Assembly (NCBI RefSeq): GCF_006345805.1
Contig: NW_021825005.1
Coordinates: 1-16,795, forward strand
DNA from: Octopus sinensis
Taxonomy: Eukaryota
DNA length: 16,795 nucleotides
Direction of reading: 5' to 3'
Part shown: positions 1 through 10,214 of the stretch, in pieces
Position numbering within the stretch: the stretch's first letter is position 1
Layout of the letters: the number at the start of each line of letters is the position of its first letter
Notes under the pieces: generated by a model
Seen by the model: the letters and a program-made list of their open reading frames with translations, nothing else
The model's database searches: none
What the model was told of the DNA's origin: nothing
Position numbers and translations under genes: made by a program

Positions 1-547
1 GTACTAAGAATGCGTAACAGTTAATATTACATTCCAGTGAGTTCGAGACAGTAGTACGTGATGGAGTTCGTAGTGGTAGGTTGGGGGGGGGGACTGAGAT
101 AAAATCGAAAGAAAGTGAGAGAATATAGAGACTAAAAGGGAAAAGGAGGGTGTAATCTACATAGTGCTAGACAACCAGCCTCTCACTCGACTTGTTAGTA
201 GTTTACATATTGTGACGGACGACACATAGCTCGATAAACCGATCCTCCAACTAGCTGTAGTTAAATACTGCGCGTTATTCCACCATTATGAGACTTTGTA
301 ACTGACTGAGGTTATTACACATTAAAGTACAAAGTAGAGAGAACTTGGGCTACGAAACAACGCTATGAACATTTATAAGATAATAATAAATTACAATAAT
401 TTTTAAATGGATAATTTACATACAATAAGCAATTTTTTTTTTCATAGTTTTCTTTTTAATCTAACATTGTAATTTTTAAGTGTGTACGCCTCTGGCATTT
501 ACGCAAATTAACTCTAATAATCTAGGCGATTGCAAACTACTCAGGAA

Positions 548-864
548 CACAAACACATACATACGCACACAAAAGCATACACATTCTAACATTCACACAT
601 ACATGCATACACACAGCGCGCACATGCAAGCTCATACAAACACGTATATAGATATGCGCACATACACAAACACATATATATATATATACATATATACATG
701 TGTATGTATGTATGCATATATGTGTATGTGTATGTGTGTGTGTGTGTGCACACGCGCAGAGACAGATGTATGTACACAAGACTCTCACACATAAACATAT
801 ATACACATACTCGCGCAAGCATCTATATATATTTATATATATACAGTGTGTGTGTATGTATGTA

Positions 865-899
<35 letters not shown>

Positions 900-990
900 T
901 TGCAGAGACCGAAGAATGTACATACACATACTCGAGCAAGCATGTATTTATATACATATATATATATATATACATACATACATATATATA

Positions 991-1072
<82 letters not shown>

Positions 1073-1193
1073 AAGGTGACTGCATGCGTATCAGTGCGTA
1101 CGTCTATGCATGCATATGTCTGTGTGTGAGGGCGTGTGTGTGTGTTTGTGTGTGTGTGTGTGTTGTGTGTGTGTGCGTGCGTGCGTGCGTGCA

Positions 1194-1229
<36 letters not shown>

Positions 1230-1240
1230 TGTGAGTGTGT
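548..1240. repeat. Compound microsatellite/low-complexity block: (CA)n/(CATA)n, (TA)n, (TG)n, (GTGC)n
   Basis: Directly visible dinucleotide and tetranucleotide runs. They explain all ORFs at 480-1284 (YI/CV/HT repeats). Confidence 0.97.
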
Positions 1241-1610
1241 ACACCACCGACTTCCTTGCATCTGACGGTCGGTTATCTTTTTAAGCTACACATAATTATA
1301 AACAAACACTGCACTATCCAATATCCCATGGCCCAGCAGACAAGTTTAACTGGGTGGCCACAGGGCGACGCTAGTGTGTCATTTCCCATCACTTCAATAC
1401 TTAGATTCTGATGTGTTTTGCAGCTCCAGTGTTTTAGAGAGATTTCTCGCCTATTTTACTTCTACTTATAACTGTACTGTAAAGAAATTAAACCGGAATA
1501 TTAAAGGTGATTACCGAGAAGGATGGCTACTAAAGTTTTAAGAACCATCATGGAAATTCTCAACATAAAATTTGATGAAAAAATTGTCTACAAACCAAGA
1601 AGGGCCTGAA

Positions 1611-2333
1611 AGGCGGCGAGCTGGCAGAAACGTCAGCACGCCAGGCGAAATGCGTAGCCGTATTTCGTCTTCCGTTACGTTCTGAGTTCAAATTCCGCCG
1701 AGGTCGACTTTGCCTTTCATCCTTTCGGAGTCGATTAAATTAAGAACAAATTATGCACTAGGGTCGATGCCATCGACTTAATCCGTTTGTCTGTCCTTGT
1801 TTGTCCACTCTGTGTTTAGCTCCTTGTGGGTAGTAAAGAAATAGGTATTTCGTCTGCCGCTATGTTCTGAGTTCAAATTCCGCCGACGTCGACTTTGCCT
1901 TTTAAATCCTTTCGGGTCGAAATAATAACTACCAGTTACGCACTGGGGTCGATAAAATCGACTTAATCCGTGTGTCTGTCCTTGTATGTCCTCTCTGTGT
2001 TTAGCCCCTTGTGGGTAGTAAAGAAATAGGTATTTGGTTTGCCGCTATGTTCTGAGTTCAAATTCCGCCGAGGTCGACTTTGCCTTTCATCCTTTCGGAG
2101 TCGATTAAATAAGTACCAATTACGCACTGGGGTAAATATAATCGACTTAATCCGTTTGTCTGTACTTGTTTGTCCTATCTGTGTTTAGTCCTTGTGGGTA
2201 GTAAAGAAATAGGTATTTCACCCCACGCTACGTTCTGAGTTCAATATCGGCGTCGATAAATTAAGTAGGAGTCAAATACTGGGGTCAATGTAATCCCAAC
2301 CCACACAAATTCTAGTAGAAAAGATTATTATTA
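1611..2333 (+). mobile_element. SINE family A tandem multimer: one tRNA-like head, three ~185-bp units and a degenerate terminal unit
   Basis: Head AGGCGGCGAGCTGGCAGAAACG (box A-like) at 1611, with box B-like GAGTTCAAATTCC. Units at 1660-1844, 1845-2029 and 2030-2212 each start GTATTT and end AAAGAAATAG. The last unit (2213-~2333) ends TAGTAGAAAAGATTATTATTA. Confidence 0.9.
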
Positions 2334-2354
2334 CCAGTGATTATTATAAGTACT

Positions 2355-2445
2355 AGTGAAGCACTGGGGTGATGTAGACGACTGGGTCCCCTCTCCCAAA
2401 ATTCATGGTCTTATACCTATAGTAGACAGAATTATCATTATTATT
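2355..2445 (+). mobile_element. 5'-truncated SINE family A copy
   Basis: AAGTACTAGTGAAGCACTGGGGGTGATGTAGACGACT...CCTATAGTAGACAGAATTATCATTATT matches the 3' half of the other family A copies. Confidence 0.75.
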
Positions 2446-2450
2446 AAAAT

Positions 2451-2651
2451 GGCGGCGAGCATCGTTAATACGCCAGGCGAAATGTTTAATGTCATTTCGT
2501 CTGTCTTTACGTTCTGAGTTCAAATTCCGCCGAAGTTGACTTTGCCTTTGATCCTTTTGGAAGTCGATAAATTAAATACCAGTGAAACACTGGGGTCGAT
2601 GTAATCGACTAGTCTATTCCCCTTGTGCCTTTAATAGAAAGGATTATTATT
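2451..2651 (+). mobile_element. SINE family A, near full-length monomer
   Basis: GGCGGCGAGC head, GAGTTCAAATTCCGCCG box B region, CTGGGGTCGATGTAATCGACT module, and an (ATT)n tail. Confidence 0.88.
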
Positions 2652-2788
2652 AAGTTTTTAGTCAAGAGACTAATGGGAAGGAAGGAGTAAGGAATCTTCA
2701 AACCGAACGCTTGGTTCTAATACTTCAAGGTGCCAGGTGGTGGCCTTAATTAAAGTAACAGATTCACTCGACAACCCAGTTAGAACAT

Positions 2789-2913
2789 GACGGAATTTGA
2801 ACTCGAAATACAAAGAGTCTCAAGGTATTCGGTCCGACATTTTTACAAATCCGCAATCCAACTGCTCTGGGTCGTTACATTTTTATTGACTCCGAAAGGA
2901 TTATAGGAAAGCT
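2789..2913 (-). mobile_element. Degenerate fragments of family A-like SINE
   Basis: CGGAATTTGAACTC is the reverse complement of the family A box B. TTTTATTGACTCCGAAAGGA is the reverse complement of the TCCTTTCGGAGTCGAT module. Confidence 0.5.
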
Positions 2914-3860
2914 TAGTTCTACTTATGCAAATAAATGATAATTGTGGTGGTAACGTCCTTCATCAAAGTCCACCTAGAAAAGCAAATACTGTCCACACTA
3001 AAAAAAAAAGGTTAAAGTTTAAGTAATGGCTTACCTCGAAGTGTGAAAATGCAAACTATGGAAATACTGACAATGTAATGTTGTATAAAAAGAGAGTAGT
3101 AATCTTTTACTTGAGTATGCAAAAAAAAAATCTTTCTGAAAGTAAGGCTAAGGATATTGCAAGGCTTAAAGGAAAGAAATTTTGTCGATGGAATGAATGT
3201 TACCTAAGCATTTCCTGTTGGGTATATAATTATTATGGATCTCGATTTTTTAGATATAGTTATGGACCCCGGAAGAAGAAAACAATGAAATTAATGTTAC
3301 TGACAATTAAAATGATAATATAACTAAAGGCATTACTTATTGATAAGTTGAGTTTTATGAACTAACTAAACCACTAGAGCAACGTGACTTCGTGTCAGTA
3401 CAAGAACTAGTGAATTGTCATTCGATACATGCAAAACAAAACTAGAAAAGCTCATGGCACAGGCAAGAATAATGAGTCTTAGTGCAGTCGTCTAGCTTTT
3501 CGAATTCCTTAAACTTAAAATAACCTGGGAGTTCCAATTATCTGCATCACCTCAAGCCTCCGAGGCCACTCTCAAAAATCCAAGCAGCCCACCTTTTCTA
3601 CAAATTTCCGATTAAATGTACTGCGTTGCTTTGGAAGAGGAAGTATTACAGCAGTGTAATCAATTCTCTGTATCCGCCTGTAATTATTTGATTAAAGCAA
3701 ATTAATTATCGTTATTTATTAATAACTTTTAATACGAAACCTTTCAGAGGCTCCATTTCTTATTTGATTTATTCTGAGGCCAGAGATTATGTGAATTTTC
3801 AAAGTGTTTAGTTTGAAAGTAGAAGACTTCCTTCTATACGTTACACCCGTCTGTGGCATT

Positions 3861-4005
3861 GGTACTTACTTTCAGATGATTATACGGGAGCAACATGAAA
3901 TGTGACGTCTTAATCAAGAGTACAATATGCTAACCAGGCTCAGAATCGAACCCACGACCTAACAATCACAGCCCAACGCTTTAACCACTAGACTATGCTG
4001 TTTCA
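3861..4005 (-). mobile_element. Old tRNA-derived SINE head, family C-like
   Basis: The reverse complement reads TAGTCTAGTGGTTA (box A) ... GGGTTCGATTC (box B) ... CTTGATTAAGACGTCACATTTCATGTTGCTCC, colinear with the 8461 element. Confidence 0.7.
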
Positions 4006-4556
4006 TATTACTTATTCACTAGAAACATATTATGAAGACTTCAAAAACCGCTTTCAACCCCTTATCTATAATTATATGAAGGCTAACATATCTAAAAGTG
4101 CGTTTACTTCCTGCGTAGCTTTACTCTCGTAAAGCAAATATAAAGACCATGTTCTGTAAGAACTTAATGTCCATCAGGGAGAAGATACTATTTCATGAAT
4201 ATAAAGAGAAAAGGTAACAATAAATCCTAAACAGTTATGTTTGAGGAATGAATTCAGGAGGAAGGTACCTTCGGATCAGAAAAGCCAGAAGGAAAGGGTT
4301 CTACTAGTTAGGAGGTTCTGGTACAAATTGCCAAGATACTAGAATTTCAACCTGTTGCATTATATTTCGCTTTAAACAGTTAGGGCATTATTTGCAAGGA
4401 GCGTGTTTCTACATTAGGAATATGCTTGGTGAATAAACAAAAATGTGCTGTGGTGATTTGTTAACGAAATTGCCATTTCTCCAAGATATTTACACTGAAG
4501 TATTATGTGACTTATTGCAATCCAGCAAAACGGATAATCCGGTACAAGTTTGGAAC

Positions 4557-4563
4557 TGAATAC

Positions 4564-4609
<46 letters not shown>

Positions 4610-4633
4610 ACTTACATGTGTGTGTGTGAATAC

Positions 4634-4664
<31 letters not shown>

Positions 4665-4669
4665 AATAC

Positions 4670-4712
<43 letters not shown>

Positions 4713-4790
4713 CGTATGTGAGTGTGTGTGTGTGTGTGTGTTTGTGTGTGTGTGTTGCGCGCGCGCGCGCGAGTATAAACACACACGCAC
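4557..4790. repeat. (TG)n microsatellite punctuated by four copies of TGAATACTTACA, with short (CG)n runs
   Basis: 12-mer at 4557, 4605, 4627 and 4663, separated by (TG)n of varying length. (CG)n near 4704-4713 and 4757-4771. Confidence 0.95.
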
Positions 4791-5270
4791 TCGTTTTCAA
4801 GTTCTCATTTAATATAATCAAATTCAAACTAGCTTAACATTTTTTCAGATATTCGCGTGCACACGTTTGCGCGAGTGTGAGTATATGTTTGCGTCTGGGA
4901 GCGTATCTATGTGGGTGAGTGGTGTGTGTTAAGGTAAAAGTATACGGAAACACACTAATCAAGCGAAAGAAAATAATAAAATTAAAATTATATCTCATAA
5001 AATATGCATACGTAATCATTGTCGATGTTCTATTTTTCCCATTTTTACCACTTCCCGCCCTATACAATATCCTGCTTTGCAAACCTTTAGTTAAAGCTTT
5101 CATTTTATAATACCATTTTTCTCTCTCTTATTACGTAGCAAAAGAAACTAAACCCGCATTTTCCGCTCCCAAAAAACATTTATAAGCCATCAGTTAACTC
5201 TTAGTTTTTTTCTTCTGCAAACAACTAAAGTATACTTTTTCATTTGATATTTCAATATTTTGATGTTTCA

Positions 5271-5633
5271 AGGCGGCGAGCTGGCAGAAACGTTAGCACG
5301 CCGGGTGAAATGCTTAGCAGTAGTTCGTCTGTCTTTATCTTCTGAGTTCAAATTCCGCCGAGGTCGACTTTGCCTCTGTCTGTCCTTGTTTGTCCCCTCT
5401 ATGTTTAACCCCTTGTGGGCAATAAAGAAATAAGAAACGTTAGCACGCAGCGCGAAATGCTTAGCGGTAGTTCGTCTGTCTTTACGTTCTGAGTTCAAAT
5501 TCCACCGAGGTCGACCTTGCCTTTCATCCTTTCGAGATCGATAAAATAAGCACCTATCAAATAATGGGGTCGATATAGTCGACTAGTCCCCTAACCCAAA
5601 ATATCAGGCCTTGTGTCTATAGTAGAAAGAATT
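5271..5633 (+). mobile_element. SINE family A dimer
   Basis: Head AGGCGGCGAGCTGGCAGAAACGTTAGCACG at 5271. An internally deleted first unit ends in the CCCCTTGTGGGCAATAAAGAAATA module, and the element restarts at AGAAACGTTAGCACG (5433). It ends TAGTAGAAAGAATT. Confidence 0.9.
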
Positions 5634-5635
5634 AA

Positions 5636-5863
5636 AAGACGGTGAGCTGGCAGAATCGTTTGCACACCAGACAAAATGCGTAACAGCATTTCTTCCCGGC
5701 TCTACATTTTGGGCTCCAATGCCACCGGTGTCTACTTTGCCTTTCATCTTTTTTCGCGGTCAAGAAAATAAGTACCAGTCAAGTATTGGAGTCGATGTAA
5801 TCTACACCCTTCTACCCCTAGAATTGCCAGCCTTATACCAAAATTTGAAATAATTTTATTATT
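5636..5863 (+). mobile_element. Older SINE family A monomer
   Basis: AAGACGGTGAGCTGGCAGAATCGTT head, CTTTGCCTTTCATC, AATAAGTACCAGT, GGAGTCGATGTAATC and an ATT tail. Confidence 0.82.
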
Positions 5864-6056
5864 AAGCGGTAGTGTTAGAGCGTTAGACAAAAGGCTTAGC
5901 GATATTTCTTCTGACTCCTTCCACCGAGGTCGTTTTTGCCCTTCGTCATTTCGGGATTCGATAAAGTGAGTATCAGTCAAGTACTGGAGTCGATGTAATC
6001 GACTTTCTCCTTCCCTCAAGTATGTTGGCTTTGCGCCAAAGTTAGAAAGAATATTT
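5864..6056 (+). mobile_element. Older, partly deleted SINE family A monomer
   Basis: GCTTAGCGATATTTC, TTCCACCGAGGTCG, GTACTGGAGTCGATGTAATCGACT and TTAGAAAGAATATT. Confidence 0.75.
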
Positions 6057-7087
6057 TGGTTTGTGAAGAACATACCAAACCGTAAAGCCATATTTGACTA
6101 TTTGTTTCTTAATGGCGGAAGTCGTTTCGCTTAATCAATTGAAATTGAACTGCTATAAATTTAATGACATTGATATTGATTAAGTCAAATTAATTAATGT
6201 TAATATTTTGTGTCTGACCTTGTTGGCCTTGGTGTCCGGTGCAGTAGTAGATGAAAATCTACATATATACGATTACCTGTTAAGAGTAATTTCTCTTCAC
6301 AGAGGTCAGTAACGCCTCTTACAAAGGCATACACCAGACTCGATCTTATATGTCTTTCCTTATAAAACGTAAGATTTTTTGCCTATTTCTTTGAGAAAAT
6401 TATTATTCGTTTGCATGTCAAATTCTGCTTAGTTTAGAATTTTAAAATGTATAACTTAATTCCAATGGCTAAAGTTTTATATAAAACTTAGATGCATTTG
6501 TCTCTGTTATAGAACAAATGAAGTAAACTTCACAAAGTAAGACAGAACAAGTACAAGAAAGATTCGTTTTCGTGCAAGATGTTACCTTAGCTGTCAGCAA
6601 ATACCAAACAAATGCTTTCTTTGTCACGCAGAAAACAAGTCCAACTACAACTGGAATCAATCATGTTTGTTACCTTGCCGGAAAATGTTCAATTCTTCCA
6701 AAGTCAACGTCGTTTCTAGAAGCCATTAAGTAAAATAAAAGCCCAACATGAACATTACTCCACGCTTTACACATACCTATATCTCACTAGAGTTAAGCAT
6801 ATACGTACACATAACAAGAGACAGGCTGTCTAGGAAGGAAGCTACTGAAGGCAACCTTAACACAGTTACAGCACACTCAGCTGTCATGTATAGGCAACAT
6901 ATTGACTTAACAAATCTGTTGTTTGTAGAGAAGAACAACTTTAGTATTTTAAAATATGACTACGACCAGAGACCCAAACATCTCCTTAAACCCGTTTTGT
7001 GTGTCTATTGATTGGGAACGTGAAGATCTTTACGAATATGAAAATTTGAATAAATCATATATGTGTGTGTTTACGTACATAGCCCGC

Positions 7088-7093
7088 TCTCTT

Positions 7094-7138
<45 letters not shown>

Positions 7139-7289
7139 TGCTCTCGCTCTCGCTCTTTGTCTCTCTATTTATCTCTAACTCTCTTTCTCTCTCTCCGTTT
7201 CTCTCTCTCTTTATACATATGTGTGCGTGTGTGTGAGTGTTTGTGTGTGTATATGTGTGTGTGTGAGTGTTTGTGTGTGAGTATGTGCG

Positions 7290-7327
<38 letters not shown>
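7088..7327. repeat. Compound microsatellite (CT)n-(TG)n-(TA)n
   Basis: Directly visible. Confidence 0.95.
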
Positions 7328-7329
<2 letters not shown>

Positions 7330-7433
7330 GGAGTAAACACATAAATGTGAAACAAGGTGGAAAAAAGAGTACTCAAATACCAGTGGTAGAGTAATATGCT
7401 TTATTTTAAGCAGCATCTGGTACTTAAAATAAA

Positions 7434-7449
7434 GTATATATATATATAA

Positions 7450-7486
<37 letters not shown>

Positions 7487-7532
7487 AAGAATGAAATAAA
7501 TCGGTATATAGATAGGCGAATGGATAGATAGT

Positions 7533-7593
<61 letters not shown>

Positions 7594-7885
7594 CTGTATA
7601 CAAATATATATTCTATACACACAAATATACATACGTACGTACATAGTACTTACATACATGCATTCATACATACATGCATAGATAGATAGATAGATAGATA
7701 CATACATACATACATACATACATGCATACATACATACATACATACATACATACATACATACATGCATGCATGCATACATACATGCATACATACATACATA
7801 CATACATACATACATACATACATACATACATACATACATACATACATACATACATACATACGTACATACATACATACATCACACA
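7434..7885. repeat. Compound microsatellite (TA)n-(GA)n-(GATA)n-(CATA)n
   Basis: Directly visible. It is the source of the 236-aa MYVC/YLSI pseudo-ORF. Confidence 0.97.
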
Positions 7886-8055
7886 CAAGAATATGTGTGT
7901 TTGCCTGTACATCCGTTCATGAATAATCCGATAAACAGAATAGAAGTTTTCACTCACTTGACTTTAGATCAAGCTGACCGAGTTAGCTACTGTGGCAATC
8001 AATAGCGTGTGGCTAGGGCTCCACGAAATGGTAAAGTATCAGTTACCCTATCACC

Positions 8056-8393
8056 TTTTTTTTTTGTTTTGGTCATTGGACTGTGGTCATACTGGGGCAC
8101 TGCCATGAAGAGTTTAGTCGAACAAATCGACGCCACTACTTATTTTTGAAGTTTGGCGCTAATTTTGTCAGACACTTTAGATGAACTGCTATGTTTTAGA
8201 GATGTAAACAAACCAGCATTGGTTGACAAGTGCTGCAGTTCGACAAAAACACACATACATACATATACAAGATGCATAAATGTACACACATTCACACACA
8301 CGTGTGTGTGTATATATATATATATACACACACAAACACACACACACACACACACACATACATATATATATTATATATATATATATTATATAT

Positions 8394-8432
<39 letters not shown>

Positions 8433-8931
8433 CTTATACTACACACACACACACATGTCTGGAGGCGCGTGGCTTAGTGGTTAGGTTGTCGGCACCATGA
8501 TCGTAAGATTGTGGTTTCGATTCCTGGCCCGGGCGACGCGATATGTTCTTGAGCAAAACACTTCATTTTACGTTGCTTCAGTCCACTCAGCTGGCAAAAT
8601 TCAGTAACGCTGAGATAGACTGGCGTCCCGTCCAGCGGGTGAACACATACGCCATAGGAGCCGGGAAACCGGGCCCATGAGCCTGGCTAGGCTTTTAAAG
8701 GGCGCATTTATTTTATTTTTATACTTATATGTATATATATGTATATATAGAGAGAGGGGGGGAGGAAAGAGATAAATGACTGGCTTCCACACAGTTTCCG
8801 CCTACCAAATCCACTCACAAGGCTTTTCCCAGTTCAGGGCTATACAAGAAGATACTTGTCCAAGATGAGGCGCAGTGGGATTGAACCCGCATTCAGGTGT
8901 GCCAAATCTTAACCACACTGCTTTGTCTGTG
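8056..8931 (-). mobile_element. Old full-length SINE family B with internal microsatellite, split by a family C insertion
   Basis: The 3' half (8056-~8250: GGTCATTGGACTGTGGTCATACTGGGGCAC...GTAAACAAACCAGCATTGGTTGACAAG) and the 5' half (8777-8931: CAGTTTCCGCCTACCAAATCCACTCACAAGGCTTT...GCAGTGGGATTGAACCC...TAACCACAC) are colinear with the intact copy at 11124-11524. Confidence 0.85.
8461..8720 (+). mobile_element. tRNA-derived SINE family C with a CORE-like central domain
   Basis: Box A TGGCTTAGTGG (8470-8480) and box B-like GTTTCGATTCC (8514-8524). TGTTCTTGAGCAAAACACTTCA resembles the CORE motif TGACCTTGGGCAAGTCACTT. The tail is ATTT-rich. Confidence 0.85.
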
Positions 8932-9215
8932 AATATATAAGAAGTGATTCTAAAGAAGTTAATTTCATCCGAAAGAAAAAAAACATTTGAATTTACGTTT
9001 ATTGATGTTTGATGGCTTCACTGAAATGGAAAGTTATGTAACTTGGTCAACTAATTCTACCCTTAATCAATTATTAACGTAACGCTGATATTAATCCTTC
9101 TTCTACAAAGCAGACATCTATACGAGAGTTGTACATGCACCTAATACAGATATCAGCATTACTTCTTTTCTTACATGACTCTGGTCGTTCGAATCAAATC
9201 TCATTAACTTCTATC

Positions 9216-9327
9216 TTTTTTTGTTTTTTTATTTTGTTTCAGACATCAGACGGCGGCCATGCTGGGGCACCGCCTTGAAGAATTTTTTATTCAAATGAAT
9301 CGACTCTAGTAATTTTTTTTTCAAACC
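9216..9327 (-). mobile_element. 3' fragment of an older family B SINE
   Basis: GTTTCAGACATCAGACGGCGGCCATGCTGGGGCACCGCCTTGAAG...AATCGAC matches the family B 3' end. Confidence 0.78.
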
Positions 9328-9594
9328 TCTTTTACTCTCTCTTTTACTCTTTTACTCGTTTCAGTCATTTGACTGTGGCCATGCTGGAGCACTACCTTTA
9401 GTCGAGCATATCGACCCCAGGACTTATTCTTTGCAAGCCTAGTACTTATTCGATCTGTCTCTTTTGCCGAACCGCTAAGTTACGGGGACGTAAACACACC
9501 AGCATCGGTTGTCAAGCGATGTTGGGGGGACAAACACAGACACACACACATACATACATACATACATACATACATACATACATACATACATACA
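9328..9594 (-). mobile_element. Family B SINE, 3' half plus its internal (CA)/(CATA)n tract
   Basis: (TTTTACTC)n tail, then TTTCAGTCATTTGACTGTGGCCATGCTGGAGC...CCGAACCGCTAAGTTACGGGGACGTAAACACACCAGCATCGGTTGTCAAGCGATG. It is highly similar to 11124-11330. No head is found downstream. Confidence 0.9.
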
Positions 9595-10021
9595 TACGCT
9601 GAACTACTGAGAAATCTGCAGTTGCTCTATCCAGAGTAAAGTTCAGGTTTATACCTGTAATTACTGGGACACTGGGCTATATAACACACTGCCTAAATGC
9701 CAATCTTGAGAAATTAGGTTTCTCAAAACCAGAAAGGAGAAAACCGTTTCGAAGACTACAGATCCAAGTCATCACTGAAACTGTAAAAATCTGTAAAACT
9801 TTCCAGAAATTTATCATTTACATATATATGAGCATGTCTAGGCATGCAACTATATACATGAGAAAACATGCACAAAACAAAACCTACAAATCTGCACATA
9901 TACATACAAATAAAAATACCCTGTTGTTGATGGAGAAATTCCTATGAAGGAGACCTTGGATCTTGGTTAGAAACCGACTCTTTCTCTATTAGCAAGAAAT
10001 TTTGAAATAAAATTGATAATG
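9595..10021 (+). mobile_element. 5'-truncated non-LTR retrotransposon with a restriction-like endonuclease C-terminus (R4/Dong-like), ORF remnant plus 3' UTR
   Basis: Manual translation: 9595-9636 gives YAELLRNLQLLYPE. After a 1-nt frameshift, 9639-9818 gives KFRFIPVITGTLGYITHCLNANLEKLGFSKPERRKPFRRLQIQVITETVKICKTFQKFII. This fits the RLE-LINE C-terminal pattern (K)Y..L...; IP(I/V)(I/V)IGALG; L..LG; LQ.....GT..I. About 200 nt of UTR follows, running into ACATACATA. Confidence 0.78.
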
Positions 10022-10082
10022 ACATACATAAATACATACATATACACATACATACAAGCATACATGCATGCATAAATACATA
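10022..10082. repeat. Degenerate (CATA)n tract on the 3' flank of the LINE fragment
   Basis: ACATACATAAATACATACATATACACATACATAC. Confidence 0.85.
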
Positions 10083-10214
10083 TTCAACAGTTTGTTTATT
10101 CTACTTTCGCTTTCTCCTTCCTCTTGATTAATCGGCTCTGGAAATAATAAATCATGAATAGAAGGCTCAAATATGGATAGAATATTATACGCTACCTGTT
10201 TTGTATGCTTGCAG

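Noticed and set aside
480-1284. Overlapping ORFs of 65-194 aa
   Set aside because: They are translations of (TA)n/(TG)n/(CA)n repeats, which lack stops in several frames. No real protein signal.
1660-2212. Regular ~185-bp repeats as a CRISPR array
   Set aside because: Whole units are homologous, with no unique spacers and no cas genes. The context is eukaryotic SINE sequence.
3078-3323. 81-aa Lys-rich ORF
   Set aside because: AT-rich composition, no recognisable domain, and no convincing splice context.
4240-4440. Possible CR1/L2 LINE 3' remnant on the minus strand
   Set aside because: Only a vague resemblance. I could not recover a coherent peptide.
4557-4704. 12-bp direct repeats with spacers as CRISPR-like
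   Set aside because: The spacers are pure (TG)n and the repeat is too short.
5268-6091. Minus-strand ORFs of 76 and 115 aa
   Set aside because: They are antisense readings of family A SINE copies.
7134-8005. 236-aa ORF and neighbouring ORFs
   Set aside because: MYVC/YLSI/HTYI periodicity comes from (CATA)n and (GATA)n.
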